Shown here: one piece after another, positions 1 through 9,093 of the stretch
Layout: every line of letters begins with the position of its first letter
Position numbering within the stretch: the stretch's first letter is position 1
Assembly: GCA_045863395.1 (NCBI GenBank)
Contig: BTVJ01000010.1
Span: 64,001-128,000, forward strand
Source of the DNA: Myxococcales bacterium
GTDB lineage: Bacteria > Myxococcota_A > UBA9042 > JABWCM01 > BTVJ01
Length of the DNA: 64,000 bases
Direction: 5' to 3'
Made by a program: the position numbers and the translations under genes
Notes under the pieces: model-generated
What the model was told of the DNA's origin: nothing
The model's database searches: none
The model's input: the letters and a program-made list of their open reading frames with translations, nothing else

Positions 1-3000
1 ACCTTCGCACCCCAGCCGTCCACCCCTCTCTCGGTGGGTGGCCCCACGCAGCTCTGGCTGCGCGTCACGGCGCTGGGTCAGCTCCCGAAGGACGTCCCCG
101 TCTACGTGACCGTGGACGACAGCGGCGTGGGCACCGCCCTGTTCAAGGTCTCCGACATCTACACGGCGACCCTGGGCCCCGACGGGCAGCTCATCGAGGG
201 CCTCGCGGGCGCCACAGTCAAGCTGGACAAGGTGAGCGGCACCCTCCAGACCGTGAAGGCGACCACCGACGCCACGGGAGAGGCGAGCTTCCCCAACCTG
301 CCCGCGGGCACCTGGTCCTGGCGCGTGAGCGCCCCCGGCCACGACGCGGTGACGGGCACCCTGAGCGTGAAGTCCGGCTTGACCCTCCCGGTCGCGGTCT
401 TCCTGCCCAAGCCCCTGGTCACGGTGGAGTGGTCGGTGGAGGAGACCACCATCGAGGACAGCTACACCATCGTGCTCTCCGCCACCTTCGAGACCGACGT
501 CCCTGCCCCGGTGGTGGTGGCGGAGCCGGCGTCCATCACGCTGCCGCCCATGGAGCAGGGGGACGTCCTCTATGGGGAGTACACGCTGACGAACTACGGG
601 CTCATCCGCGCGGAGGCGATCACCACCAAGCTCCCGTCGGCCAAGGACTACAAGTTCGAGCTGCTCGCGTACCCGCCGCCGGACATCGAGGCCAAGCAGT
701 CAGTCTCGGTCGCCTACCGCGTGACGCGCCTGAGCCCCAAGGACCCAGGGGGCGACTCCTCGGGCGGCGCGAGCGGCTGCGGCCTCTACAGCTACCCCCT
801 CGGGCACTGCTACACGTTCTCGTGCGCCAACGGCTTCCAATCGGGCGGCTGCGCGAGCGTCACCTGGGTCACGGGCGGCTCCCCCGGCAACGGATCGGGC
901 TGCGGTGGCGGGTGGTGGTGGGTCGGAGGCCCCGGTGGGCCCGGCGGACCGATCTCGGTGGTGGGTGGCGCCAAGAAGTGCGACCCCTGCGAGGACCCGG
1001 GCATGGACGCCATCGAGCGCAAGTGCTGCAAGGAGCGCAAGAAGCAGGCGACGGGCAGCTCCGTGGACCTGGTGACCGGCGCCTACGAGGACGAGGTGGT
1101 CGACCTGTCCGTCGAGACCCTGGGGCACACGGTGACGGCGTCCCGCTTCTGGTACGGCAACGCCTGGCACTTCGGGGTCTTCGACGGCGACCTGGACCTG
1201 TCACTGGCCAAGTGCCCGGTCGTCCCCGAGGGCGCTGGCACGAGCAAGGCCGCGAAGGCCGCCATCACGCTCCTGGGCATCGTGTACGAGTCCCCCTGCG
1301 TGGGGGGCGCCTCCACCGTCTTCACGTCCGGGAGCGCCACCATCTCGCCGTCCGAGGACGGGTGGCGGTGGCAGGACGCGAGCGGCCAGTGGCGCGCGTT
1401 CACGATGGCGGGCAAGCTCCTGTCCTGGGGTGACCGGGCGGGGCGCGCCGTGTCCGTGGACCGGGACGGCAGCGGCCGCGTCATCGCGTACCGCGACCAC
1501 TTCGGCGCGCTGGCGCTCACGTGGGCGTGGGGCGCCGATGGGAAGGTGGCGGCCGCCGAGACGGCAGACGGGCGCCGCGTCGAGTACACCTGGGAGGCCG
1601 GGCGGCTGACGCGGGTCAAGGACCCGGTGGGCCGAGAGACCCTCTACACCTACGACACCAAGGGCCGGCTGACGGTGAAGCAGCACCCGAGCGGCCTCGT
1701 GCTCGCCATCACCTACGATGGCGGCGGCAACGTGGCGTCGGTGCTCGACCAGGACGGCGCGGGCTGGTTCTTCCAGTACGGCCACGACGCGGGCTCCGAG
1801 CAGGACTACGCTGCCGTGCTTGGAACGGATGGCCACGTGGACGAGCGGTGGTGGAGCAAGACCGGCGCCTTGGTCAAGCGCACCATCGACGGGGAGCCCG
1901 TACCCGAGCTGGATCCGGCGAGCGTCGTGGATCTGGGCCCCTCGGGGAACATCGAGGCGACCTGGACACTGGACGGGCAGAAGAGGGACACATGGGAGTA
2001 TGGCCCGTGGGGCCTCCCAGCGACGCGCGAGGACGCCCGCGGCACCGTGACCGCCTGGACGTGGGACGTCAACGGGGACCTGACGCGCCTGGTCAAGGCC
2101 GCCGGCACCTCCGCCAAGGACATCGTGGACCACGTGCGCGACGGCGTGGGGCGCCTCACCCAGATGGTGGCCCGAGGCGACGGCGCGGTGACGCCGCGGA
2201 CGTGGGCGTACACCGTCAATGCGCGGGGTCAGCGGGAGGCAACCACGGACCCGCTCGGCCTGACGACCACCACCACCCATGACGCGGCGGGCCACGTCAC
2301 GGCTCTGACGCTGACGGACGGGGCGGCGTGGGAGGCAGACTACGACGGCGCGGGGCGCCTCCTGGAGGTGCGCCGGACTCCGCCTGGTGGCGCGACCACC
2401 GCAGAGACCCACGTCTACGCGCCGCGCCTCAACGGGGACGGGGACGTCGTCGGCCAGCGCGTCACGGTCACGGACGCCACGGGAACCTGGACCCTGGACG
2501 AGGACCAGCGCGGACGGGTGGTGGGCGTGACCGACGCCGCGGGCCGCACGGTCAAGCGCACCTATGACCTGCGAGGGCGCCTCGTGGCGGAGACGGACGC
2601 GGACGGCCGGGTCACCGAGTCGACGTGGGAGTCCGTGGGCTTCGGCATGGAGCGGCAGACCCTCCGGGTGGACGGGGTCGTCGTGGAGACGACGGACCGA
2701 GACCGGGCGGGGCGCGTCGTGGGGAGGTCCCGCGCGGGCATCGAGGAGACGCTGTACTACGACGGCGGCGCGACGCGCCCATCCCAGCGCCAGCTCCCGG
2801 GGGTGACCGAGGCCACCACCTGGGACGGCTTCGGGCTTCCGGTCCAGCGCTCCCTGATCACGGACGACGCCACCTGGACCACGGTGTGGGAGAACGACGG
2901 GGGCCTCGAGATGGCCCTGACCTCGCCCTTCGGCGGCCGCTGGTCGGTCACGCGCGACCCCTTGGGCCGCATCACGAGCGCGACCACTCCCCTCGACGCG

Positions 3001-5004
3001 ACCACCGTCGTGACCTGGGACCCGCACGGCAACCTGGCCTCGGTGGTGGACGCCAACGGACGCCCCGTGGCGACCTTGACCTACGACGCCCTGGACCGGG
3101 TGGCCACCCGCACCGTGGGCGCGCAGACCTTCACCTACACGTGGGACGCGGGCGGGCGCCTCGTCGCCATCGAGAGCACGGCGGGCAACCGCGTCGACCT
3201 GACTCTGGACGAGCGGGGGCGCATGGTCGCGCAGGCGGCGACGGCGGACGACGCTCCTGGGGTCTCCGCCACCTACGCGTGGGACGCCCAGGATCGCGTC
3301 ATCGCCGCCCAGACCGCCGAGGTGAGCGTGGCGACCGTCTGGGACGACTCCGCGCGCTCCCGCGCCGTCACGGCGGACTTCGGCGCCTTCTCCAAGACCT
3401 GGACCGAGCGGACCGACGCGCGAGGCCGCCTCGCCTCCCTCACGCTCCCGGACGGCACGGGCGTCAGCTACGGCTTCGCCCCCGACGGGACGCTCCTGAC
3501 CGTCGCCGTGGACGGCGAGGGCGCGCTGGTCGCGGTCCAGGAGACCCCGCTCCGCCGAGCCCTGACGACCCCGGACGGCACCGTGATCACCCACGAGCAC
3601 GACGCGCTGGGGCGGCTCCTGCACACGACCGTGACTCATGCAGGCACGACGCTCCTCGAGCGCCGCTACGTGTGGGAGGCGTACCGCCTGGTCGCCATCG
3701 AGAGCGAGCACGGCGACTACGCCTACACCTATGACGCGGCGGATCGCCTGACGGAAGCGACGACCCCAGGCCTGCCCCCCTTCGAGGCGACCTACGACCC
3801 GGTGGGCAACCGCCTGACCGACGGCGCCGGCGCCTGGACCTGGGACACGGCCGGTCTCCTCGCGTCCATCGGCGACGCAACGTTCGGCTGGGACGCCCGG
3901 GGCAACCTCCTCTCCCGCACGGACATCGGCCACACCTACCAGTGGAGCGCCGCCAACCAGCTCGTGGGCGTGACCGGCTCCGTGGAGGCGAGCTACGGGT
4001 ACGGCCCGAGCGGGGAGCGGGTGCGCAAGACCGTGGACGGCCAGACGACCTGGTCCCTCTGGTCGGACCGGGGTCTCCTGGCGGAGTACGACGCCGACGG
4101 GGTGGAGCTGCGGGCCTGGGCTCCGACGCCGGGGGCGCCCTTCAACACGGCCCCGGTGCTCCAGAGGACGGGCGGGCTCATCGCATGGACGGTGCTGGAC
4201 CACCGGGGCGCCCCCATCGCCCTGGTGCGCGGAGGCACCGTCGTGTGGGCCGTGACCCTTGAGCCCTTCGGCCAGGGCCACGCCCTCGTCTCCACCGTCG
4301 ACTGCCCGCTGCGCCCGTCGGGCCAGGTCGCGGACCCGGAGACGGGCCTGCACTACAACAGCGCCCGCATGTTCGACCCGCGCCTCGGCCGCTACCTGAG
4401 CCTGGACCCCGAGCTGGAGCAGCAGGGCGACCCCAACCTCTACCAGTTCGCCGACGCGAGCCCCCTCATCCGGGAGGACGTCCTCGGCACCAAGGGCAAG
4501 TGGAGCGGCGGATGCAGCACGAGCGGCAAGTGCAACGGCGGCGCCGGCTTCAGCGCTGGCGCCTACGAGGGCGTCGGCGGTGAGGTCGGCGCAGGGGCCG
4601 AGCTCACGACGGAGGACTGCTGCAAGGACGGCCAGCCCGTGCGCAACGGCAAGACCTGCCTCAACTTCAAGGGCTCCGCGGAGGGAGGCTTCGGGCTCGG
4701 CGCCAAGGGAAGCCTCGGCGGCGTGGGCACGGGCGCGTCCGGCAAGCTGGCCACGGCGGGCCTCTCCGCCAACTGCTCGGTCTGCAACAAGTGCGGCGAG
4801 TCGACCACGGAGCGGGAGTGCTGCGGCGGCGCGTCCATCAACGGCCCGAGCATCGGCGGGAGCATCGGCTTCGTGAAGGCCGGCCTCTCCTCGGGCAGCT
4901 TCGGCACCAAGCTCTGCTACAACTTCGACAGCGGCAAGTGGACCTTCACCCCGCCGGGATTCTCGGGTCCGTCCGGCACGCTGGGGGCAGGCGGCGATCT
5001 CTGA
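1..5004 (+). CDS. Rhs/YD-repeat protein (5'-partial) with carboxypeptidase-regulatory/Ig-like N-terminal region and Cys/Gly-rich C-terminal domain
   Basis: Frame is open from base 1. Many YD-like repeats (YTYDTKGRL, YTWDAGGRL). Rhs core end PLRPSGQVADPETGLHYNSARMFDPRLGRYLSLDP...NLYQFADASPLIREDVLG. Confidence 0.92.
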   Translation, partial: TFAPQPSTPLSVGGPTQLWLRVTALGQLPKDVPVYVTVDDSGVGTALFKVSDIYTATLGPDGQLIEGLAGATVKLDKVSGTLQTVKATTDATGEASFPNLPAGTWSWRVSAPGHDAVTGTLSVKSGLTLPVAVFLPKPLVTVEWSVEETTIEDSYTIVLSATFETDVPAPVVVAEPASITLPPMEQGDVLYGEYTLTNYGLIRAEAITTKLPSAKDYKFELLAYPPPDIEAKQSVSVAYRVTRLSPKDPGGDSSGGASGCGLYSYPLGHCYTFSCANGFQSGGCASVTWVTGGSPGNGSGCGGGWWWVGGPGGPGGPISVVGGAKKCDPCEDPGMDAIERKCCKERKKQATGSSVDLVTGAYEDEVVDLSVETLGHTVTASRFWYGNAWHFGVFDGDLDLSLAKCPVVPEGAGTSKAAKAAITLLGIVYESPCVGGASTVFTSGSATISPSEDGWRWQDASGQWRAFTMAGKLLSWGDRAGRAVSVDRDGSGRVIAYRDHFGALALTWAWGADGKVAAAETADGRRVEYTWEAGRLTRVKDPVGRETLYTYDTKGRLTVKQHPSGLVLAITYDGGGNVASVLDQDGAGWFFQYGHDAGSEQDYAAVLGTDGHVDERWWSKTGALVKRTIDGEPVPELDPASVVDLGPSGNIEATWTLDGQKRDTWEYGPWGLPATREDARGTVTAWTWDVNGDLTRLVKAAGTSAKDIVDHVRDGVGRLTQMVARGDGAVTPRTWAYTVNARGQREATTDPLGLTTTTTHDAAGHVTALTLTDGAAWEADYDGAGRLLEVRRTPPGGATTAETHVYAPRLNGDGDVVGQRVTVTDATGTWTLDEDQRGRVVGVTDAAGRTVKRTYDLRGRLVAETDADGRVTESTWESVGFGMERQTLRVDGVVVETTDRDRAGRVVGRSRAGIEETLYYDGGATRPSQRQLPGVTEATTWDGFGLPVQRSLITDDATWTTVWENDGGLEMALTSPFGGRWSVTRDPLGRITSATTPLDATTVVTWDPHGNLASVVDANGRPVATLTYDALDRVATRTVGAQTFTYTWDAGGRLVAIESTAGNRVDLTLDERGRMVAQAATADDAPGVSATYAWDAQDRVIAAQTAEVSVATVWDDSARSRAVTADFGAFSKTWTERTDARGRLASLTLPDGTGVSYGFAPDGTLLTVAVDGEGALVAVQETPLRRALTTPDGTVITHEHDALGRLLHTTVTHAGTTLLERRYVWEAYRLVAIESEHGDYAYTYDAADRLTEATTPGLPPFEATYDPVGNRLTDGAGAWTWDTAGLLASIGDATFGWDARGNLLSRTDIGHTYQWSAANQLVGVTGSVEASYGYGPSGERVRKTVDGQTTWSLWSDRGLLAEYDADGVELRAWAPTPGAPFNTAPVLQRTGGLIAWTVLDHRGAPIALVRGGTVVWAVTLEPFGQGHALVSTVDCPLRPSGQVADPETGLHYNSARMFDPRLGRYLSLDPELEQQGDPNLYQFADASPLIREDVLGTKGKWSGGCSTSGKCNGGAGFSAGAYEGVGGEVGAGAELTTEDCCKDGQPVRNGKTCLNFKGSAEGGFGLGAKGSLGGVGTGASGKLATAGLSANCSVCNKCGESTTERECCGGASINGPSIGGSIGFVKAGLSSGSFGTKLCYNFDSGKWTFTPPGFSGPSGTLGAGGDL

Positions 5005-5184
5005 TCATCCGGGCCTGCGTCGGCGAAGCGCTCCTCCTCCGTCCAGAGAAAGTCGCGCCCCAGGGCGCGCACCGGGCGCCCCGGGGCGCCCACCGAACGG
5101 CTTGTACGGAACACGCACGGCCGGGGCTTCACAACGACCTGCAATTACACCACATCATCATGACGCTACCCCAACGTCATCCGC

Positions 5185-5199
5185 TGGCACAGCGCTTGC
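5185..5199 (+). promoter_or_regulatory. Putative sigma54 (-24/-12) promoter for the small-lipoprotein operon
   Basis: TGGCACAGCGCTTGC matches TGGCAC-N5-TTGC with exact GG/GC spacing. It lies in an intergenic region and is preceded by the inverted repeat ATGACG-N9-CGTCAT (5160-5180). Confidence 0.7.
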
Positions 5200-5352
5200 C
5201 ATGGAGTATCTCCACACTGACATCGCCTCCCCATCCGGTGGGGCGAACAGATGCTGTCCGAAGCAGGAGGGTCGGGGCGCCAACGGGGGCGCCTCGCGTG
5301 GGGCCGGGCAGACGGCCCCCATCCTCCTGCCCCATGTGGCGGGAGAGCGCGC

Positions 5353-5580
5353 ATGACTGCAACGACTCGATCCCGGTGGATGCTCCTCGGCGTGGCGTGC
5401 GCCCTGACGCTGGCCGCGGGGTGCGCGACGCCAAGGGTGATCACCCAGGCGACGTCCCGGGACGCGGAGATCAAGTTCGCCTGGAGCGACGGCGGGGACT
5501 TCGGCCTCGTCCGCTGCGCCATCGGCGACCAGGGAGCCCTGGCCGACTGCAAGGGCATCAACGTCCAGTTCAACGACTAG
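5353..5580 (+). CDS. Small lipoprotein 1 (75 aa), hypothetical
   Basis: RBS GGGAGAG; signal peptide with lipobox LAAGC; C-terminal Cys pair (RCAIGDQGALADCK). Confidence 0.8.
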   Translation: MTATTRSRWMLLGVACALTLAAGCATPRVITQATSRDAEIKFAWSDGGDFGLVRCAIGDQGALADCKGINVQFND

Positions 5581-5588
5581 GAGGCGCC

Positions 5589-5879
5589 ATGACGACCTGG
5601 ATCTCTCGGCTCGCCGGCGCCCTCACCGTGGCGGCGCTGCTCACGGGCTGCATGACGCGGCACATGGTCCGCATCGAGGATCACCCGAACCAGCCCTACA
5701 CGCTGCTCGAGTCCCTCGACCACTTCACGTACATCCCGGGCCTCTGGGAGAAGAGCGTCCACCAGTTCTGGAGCTGCAAGGACGGGGCGAGCGGCCTCGT
5801 GTGCGACAAGGCCTGCGGCGGAGACACGGGCATCGACTGTCCCGAGGGCACCATCCTCGCGACCACCAACACCCGGTAG
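5589..5879 (+). CDS. Small lipoprotein 2 (96 aa), hypothetical
   Basis: RBS AGGAGG; lipobox LLTGC; Cys-rich C-terminus (SCKDGASGLVCDKAC...C). Confidence 0.8.
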   Translation: MTTWISRLAGALTVAALLTGCMTRHMVRIEDHPNQPYTLLESLDHFTYIPGLWEKSVHQFWSCKDGASGLVCDKACGGDTGIDCPEGTILATTNTR

Positions 5880-5887
5880 GAGCAACC

Positions 5888-6178
5888 ATGCGCAACACAC
5901 TACGGATCCTCGCCGTGCTTGCCGCGTGCGCGTTCGCCGGCTGCGCGGTCCCCGCCGTCATGGCGGACCACTACATCGTCGGCGAGCGCTCTGTGGCCGT
6001 ACTCATGCAGCGCGCCGGCACCCTCCCCGCCGACCTGCAGAGCCAGCTCCCCGGCGACGCTGGCGCGGAGGACCTCTTCCACGTCATCGTGCGCATGTGC
6101 GACGTGCAGGCCGCCGCGGAGTCCGGCTGCAAGAGCACGCTCGTGCTGCCGAACGTCTTCCCCCAATCCATCTACTGA
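5888..6178 (+). CDS. Small lipoprotein 3 (96 aa), hypothetical
   Basis: RBS AGGAG; lipobox FAGC; C-terminal Cys pair (MCDVQAAAESGCK). Confidence 0.8.
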   Translation: MRNTLRILAVLAACAFAGCAVPAVMADHYIVGERSVAVLMQRAGTLPADLQSQLPGDAGAEDLFHVIVRMCDVQAAAESGCKSTLVLPNVFPQSIY

Positions 6179-6193
6179 GCCGAGGAGGAACCC

Positions 6194-6439
6194 ATGGCGA
6201 CCAGCACAAGGATCCGGGCCGCGCTCGCGCTCGCCGCGCTCCTCCTGGCCAGCGGCTGCGGCACGGCGAAGCGCTTCATCACGGTCACCCACTGGCACGG
6301 GGCCGACACGCTCTACATGGCCTACTCGGAGGACGACGGAGGCTACGCCGCCAAGGTCCTCAAGTGCCACCGGGAGGCGGACAACGCTCTGAAGTGCGGC
6401 GAGCAGAAGGCCGTCGGCGCGGTGATCAACGGCGACTGA
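6194..6439 (+). CDS. Small lipoprotein 4 (81 aa), hypothetical
   Basis: RBS GAGGAGG; lipobox LASGC; C-terminal Cys pair (KCHREADNALKCG). Confidence 0.82.
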   Translation: MATSTRIRAALALAALLLASGCGTAKRFITVTHWHGADTLYMAYSEDDGGYAAKVLKCHREADNALKCGEQKAVGAVINGD

Positions 6440-6486
6440 CCGCTTGGGCGCCCCGAGGCGCTGGTGGGTCCGCCGCTCTGAGCGCG

Positions 6487-6783
6487 TCAGAAGCCCTTGG
6501 CGGTCGGGGCGATGAACAGCGCATGGGCGGGGTGAATCACGACGTGAGGCTCGCCGGGGAGCCCCAGCTCCGCGACGGCGGGCATCAGGCGCTCCTGGAC
6601 GAACGCGTTGAAGGCCTCGGCGCTGTCCCACACGTCCATGACGCGCATGTCGCTCCCCTCGAACCAGCACGTGTGGACCACCCCCCCGGGCGGGTGGTTG
6701 ACCTCCCAGCCGACGCGGACCCGCACCGCCTCGTACTGCTCCACCGTCACGTCCTTCCAGGTCATGTTCATCGAGATCGCCAT
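6487..6783 (-). CDS. Small hypothetical protein, dimeric alpha/beta-barrel (ABM-like) candidate
   Basis: MAISMNMTWKDVTVEQYEAV...VMDVWDSAEAFNAF, with RBS GGAGGAG. The 'DVWDSxEAF' pattern is typical of ABM-like barrels. Confidence 0.7.
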   Translation of the reverse strand: MAISMNMTWKDVTVEQYEAVRVRVGWEVNHPPGGVVHTCWFEGSDMRVMDVWDSAEAFNAFVQERLMPAVAELGLPGEPHVVIHPAHALFIAPTAKGF

Positions 6784-6950
6784 GTGCTCCTCCAAGGTTG
6801 CTGCGGCGGCACGTGAGGCCGCCTGATGTCGTCGGGATGTGAGGCATACGGGCGGCGCCCCGGGTTCGGATCGATCCTGTGTCGGATCGGGTTGGCATGG
6901 CCATGTCCGGCCGGTATGCTCCACCGCTCCCACGGACGGGGAGGCGAGCG

Positions 6951-7652
6951 GTGCTGGAAGCGAGAGGGCTGCGCAAGGAGTACAGCGGGTTCGTTGCCCT
7001 GAAGGGGCTCGACCTGCGCATCGGGGCGGGGGAGGTCTTCTGCCTGCTCGGGGCCAACGGGGCCGGCAAGACGACGACCATCCAGCTCTTCCTGGGGTTC
7101 ATCGCGCCGACGCAGGGGACGGCGCTCATCCACGGGCTGGACGTGGCGCAGAGCGGGGTCGAGACGCGCAAGCACCTCGCGTACATCCCCGAGAACGTCA
7201 TGCTCTACCCGAACCTCACGGGCATCGAGAACCTGGAGTTCTTCACGCGCCTGGCAGGTAGGGAGGTGCCGACCCCGGAGCTGCGCGAGACCCTGGCGCA
7301 GGCCGGGCTGGCCCGGGAGGCGGCCGACCGGCGCGTGCGCACCTACTCGAAGGGAATGCGCCAGAAGGTGGGGATCGCCATGGCCATGGCCAAGGGGGCG
7401 TCCGTCCTGCTCCTCGATGAGCCGACCTCGGGCCTCGACCCCAAGGCGTCCAACGAGTTCTCGAAGCTCATCGAGACCATGCGCGACCAGGGGGTGGCCG
7501 TGCTCATGGCGACCCACGACATCTTCCGCTCGAAAGAGGTAGGCACCCGGGTCGGCATCATGAAGCACGGCGAGCTGGTCGCGACCCTGGACACGGCCGA
7601 GTGGAGCCACGCCGACCTGGAGGGCGTCTACCTCCAGCACATGCACGACTGA
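6951..7652 (+). CDS. ABC transporter ATP-binding protein
   Basis: Walker A GANGAGKTT, signature YSKGMRQK, Walker B LLLDEPT, H-loop ATHD. GTG start chosen after GGGGAGG. Confidence 0.93.
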   Translation: MLEARGLRKEYSGFVALKGLDLRIGAGEVFCLLGANGAGKTTTIQLFLGFIAPTQGTALIHGLDVAQSGVETRKHLAYIPENVMLYPNLTGIENLEFFTRLAGREVPTPELRETLAQAGLAREAADRRVRTYSKGMRQKVGIAMAMAKGASVLLLDEPTSGLDPKASNEFSKLIETMRDQGVAVLMATHDIFRSKEVGTRVGIMKHGELVATLDTAEWSHADLEGVYLQHMHD

Positions 7653-9082
7653 TGAAGCTCGGGACCCTCATCGGCACCGTCGCTCGGAAGGAGTGGCGCG
7701 AGATGGTGCGCGACGGCCGCCTCTGGCTCGCCGGCGCGGCCACCGTCGGGCTGCTCCTGGTCTCCCTGGCCTTCGGCTGGCAGCAGGCCCGCGCCGTCCA
7801 CCAGGAGCGCGCCGCCGCCTCAGAGACGGCCCGCGACCAGTGGGAGGCCCAAGGCGAGAAGAACCCGCACATGGCCGGTCACTACGGCATGTACGTGTTC
7901 AAGCCGGGCGGCGCGCTCTCCTTCGTCGATCCAGGGCTCGAGCCCTTCCTCGGGGTCTCCGTGAAGCTGGAGGCGCACAAGCGCAACCCTCCGGGGCACG
8001 CGGCCGCTCAGGATCGCACGGCGCTCCAGCAGCTCGGGGGGCTCTCGGTGGCAGGCGTCCTGCAGCTCCTGGTGCCGCTCCTGATCCTGGGGCTCGGCTT
8101 CGGCGCCTGGACCGCCGAGCGGGAGCGCGGGACCCTGCGACAGCTCGCGGCCTCGGGGGTGCGCCCGTCGGCGCTCCTCCTCGGGAAGGTGCTCGGGCTG
8201 CTCTCGGTGCTGGCGGCGCTGCTCGTGCCGGCGGTGGCCCTCGGCGCCGCGGTGGTCGCGCTGCTCGGAGGCGGCGCCGTGGACGCCGGGCGCCTCGCCC
8301 TGCTCCTCGCCGCCTACCTGGTCTACTTCGGCGTCTACGTGGCGGTGGCGCTCGTCGTCTCGGCGCTCGCGCCCAGCTCGCGCCTCGCGCTGGTGGGCCT
8401 GCTCGGGTTCTGGGTGGGGACAGCCGTTGTCGCCCCGCGGGTCGTGGCCGGCGTCGTCGACGCCGCGGCGCCGGTGCCATCGGCAGAGGAGCTGACGCGA
8501 GACCTGCGCAAGAGCCTCGCCGAGGGCCTCGCCGGAGTGCCCCGCGAGGAGCGCATCGAGGCGCTGTCCAAGGAGCTCCTGCGCCAGCACGGGTTCGAGG
8601 GCGCAGAGATGATGATGCCGGAGGCGCTGCTCCAGGGGCTGGAGCTCCAGGCCGAGGCCCGCTTCGAGGCCGAGGTCCTCGACCACCACTACGGGCTGCT
8701 CGACCAGGCGTCGGAGCGCCAGGAGCGCCTGCTCCAGTGGCTCGCGGTGGCGTCCCCGACGCTGGCAGTGCGCTCCCTGTCCATGGCGCTCGCGGGCACC
8801 GACCACGCCCACCACCGGCACTTCTCGGGCGCGGCCGAGGCCCACCGGCGCACCCTGCTGCAGATGCTCGACGACGAGTTCGCCACGAACGCCGGTGATG
8901 CGGGCTGGGACTACACGGTGGGCGCAGAGTTCTGGGCCCGGGCGCCGGCGTTCGTCTACGCGCAGCCGGGCGCTCCGTGGGCGCTCGAGCAGCAGCAGGT
9001 GGCGGGACCGGTGCTCCTCGGGTGGCTGGTGTTGGGCAGCCTGGCGGCCTGGGGCGCTGCGCGCCGCCTCCAGGTCGTGTGA
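7652..9082 (+). CDS. ABC-2 type permease (DUF3526-like)
   Basis: TGATG coupling to the ATPase; KNPHMAGHYG motif; ERERGTL motif; multiple transmembrane segments. Confidence 0.85.
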   Translation: MKLGTLIGTVARKEWREMVRDGRLWLAGAATVGLLLVSLAFGWQQARAVHQERAAASETARDQWEAQGEKNPHMAGHYGMYVFKPGGALSFVDPGLEPFLGVSVKLEAHKRNPPGHAAAQDRTALQQLGGLSVAGVLQLLVPLLILGLGFGAWTAERERGTLRQLAASGVRPSALLLGKVLGLLSVLAALLVPAVALGAAVVALLGGGAVDAGRLALLLAAYLVYFGVYVAVALVVSALAPSSRLALVGLLGFWVGTAVVAPRVVAGVVDAAAPVPSAEELTRDLRKSLAEGLAGVPREERIEALSKELLRQHGFEGAEMMMPEALLQGLELQAEARFEAEVLDHHYGLLDQASERQERLLQWLAVASPTLAVRSLSMALAGTDHAHHRHFSGAAEAHRRTLLQMLDDEFATNAGDAGWDYTVGAEFWARAPAFVYAQPGAPWALEQQQVAGPVLLGWLVLGSLAAWGAARRLQVV

Positions 9083-9093
9083 CGGGAGGGACG

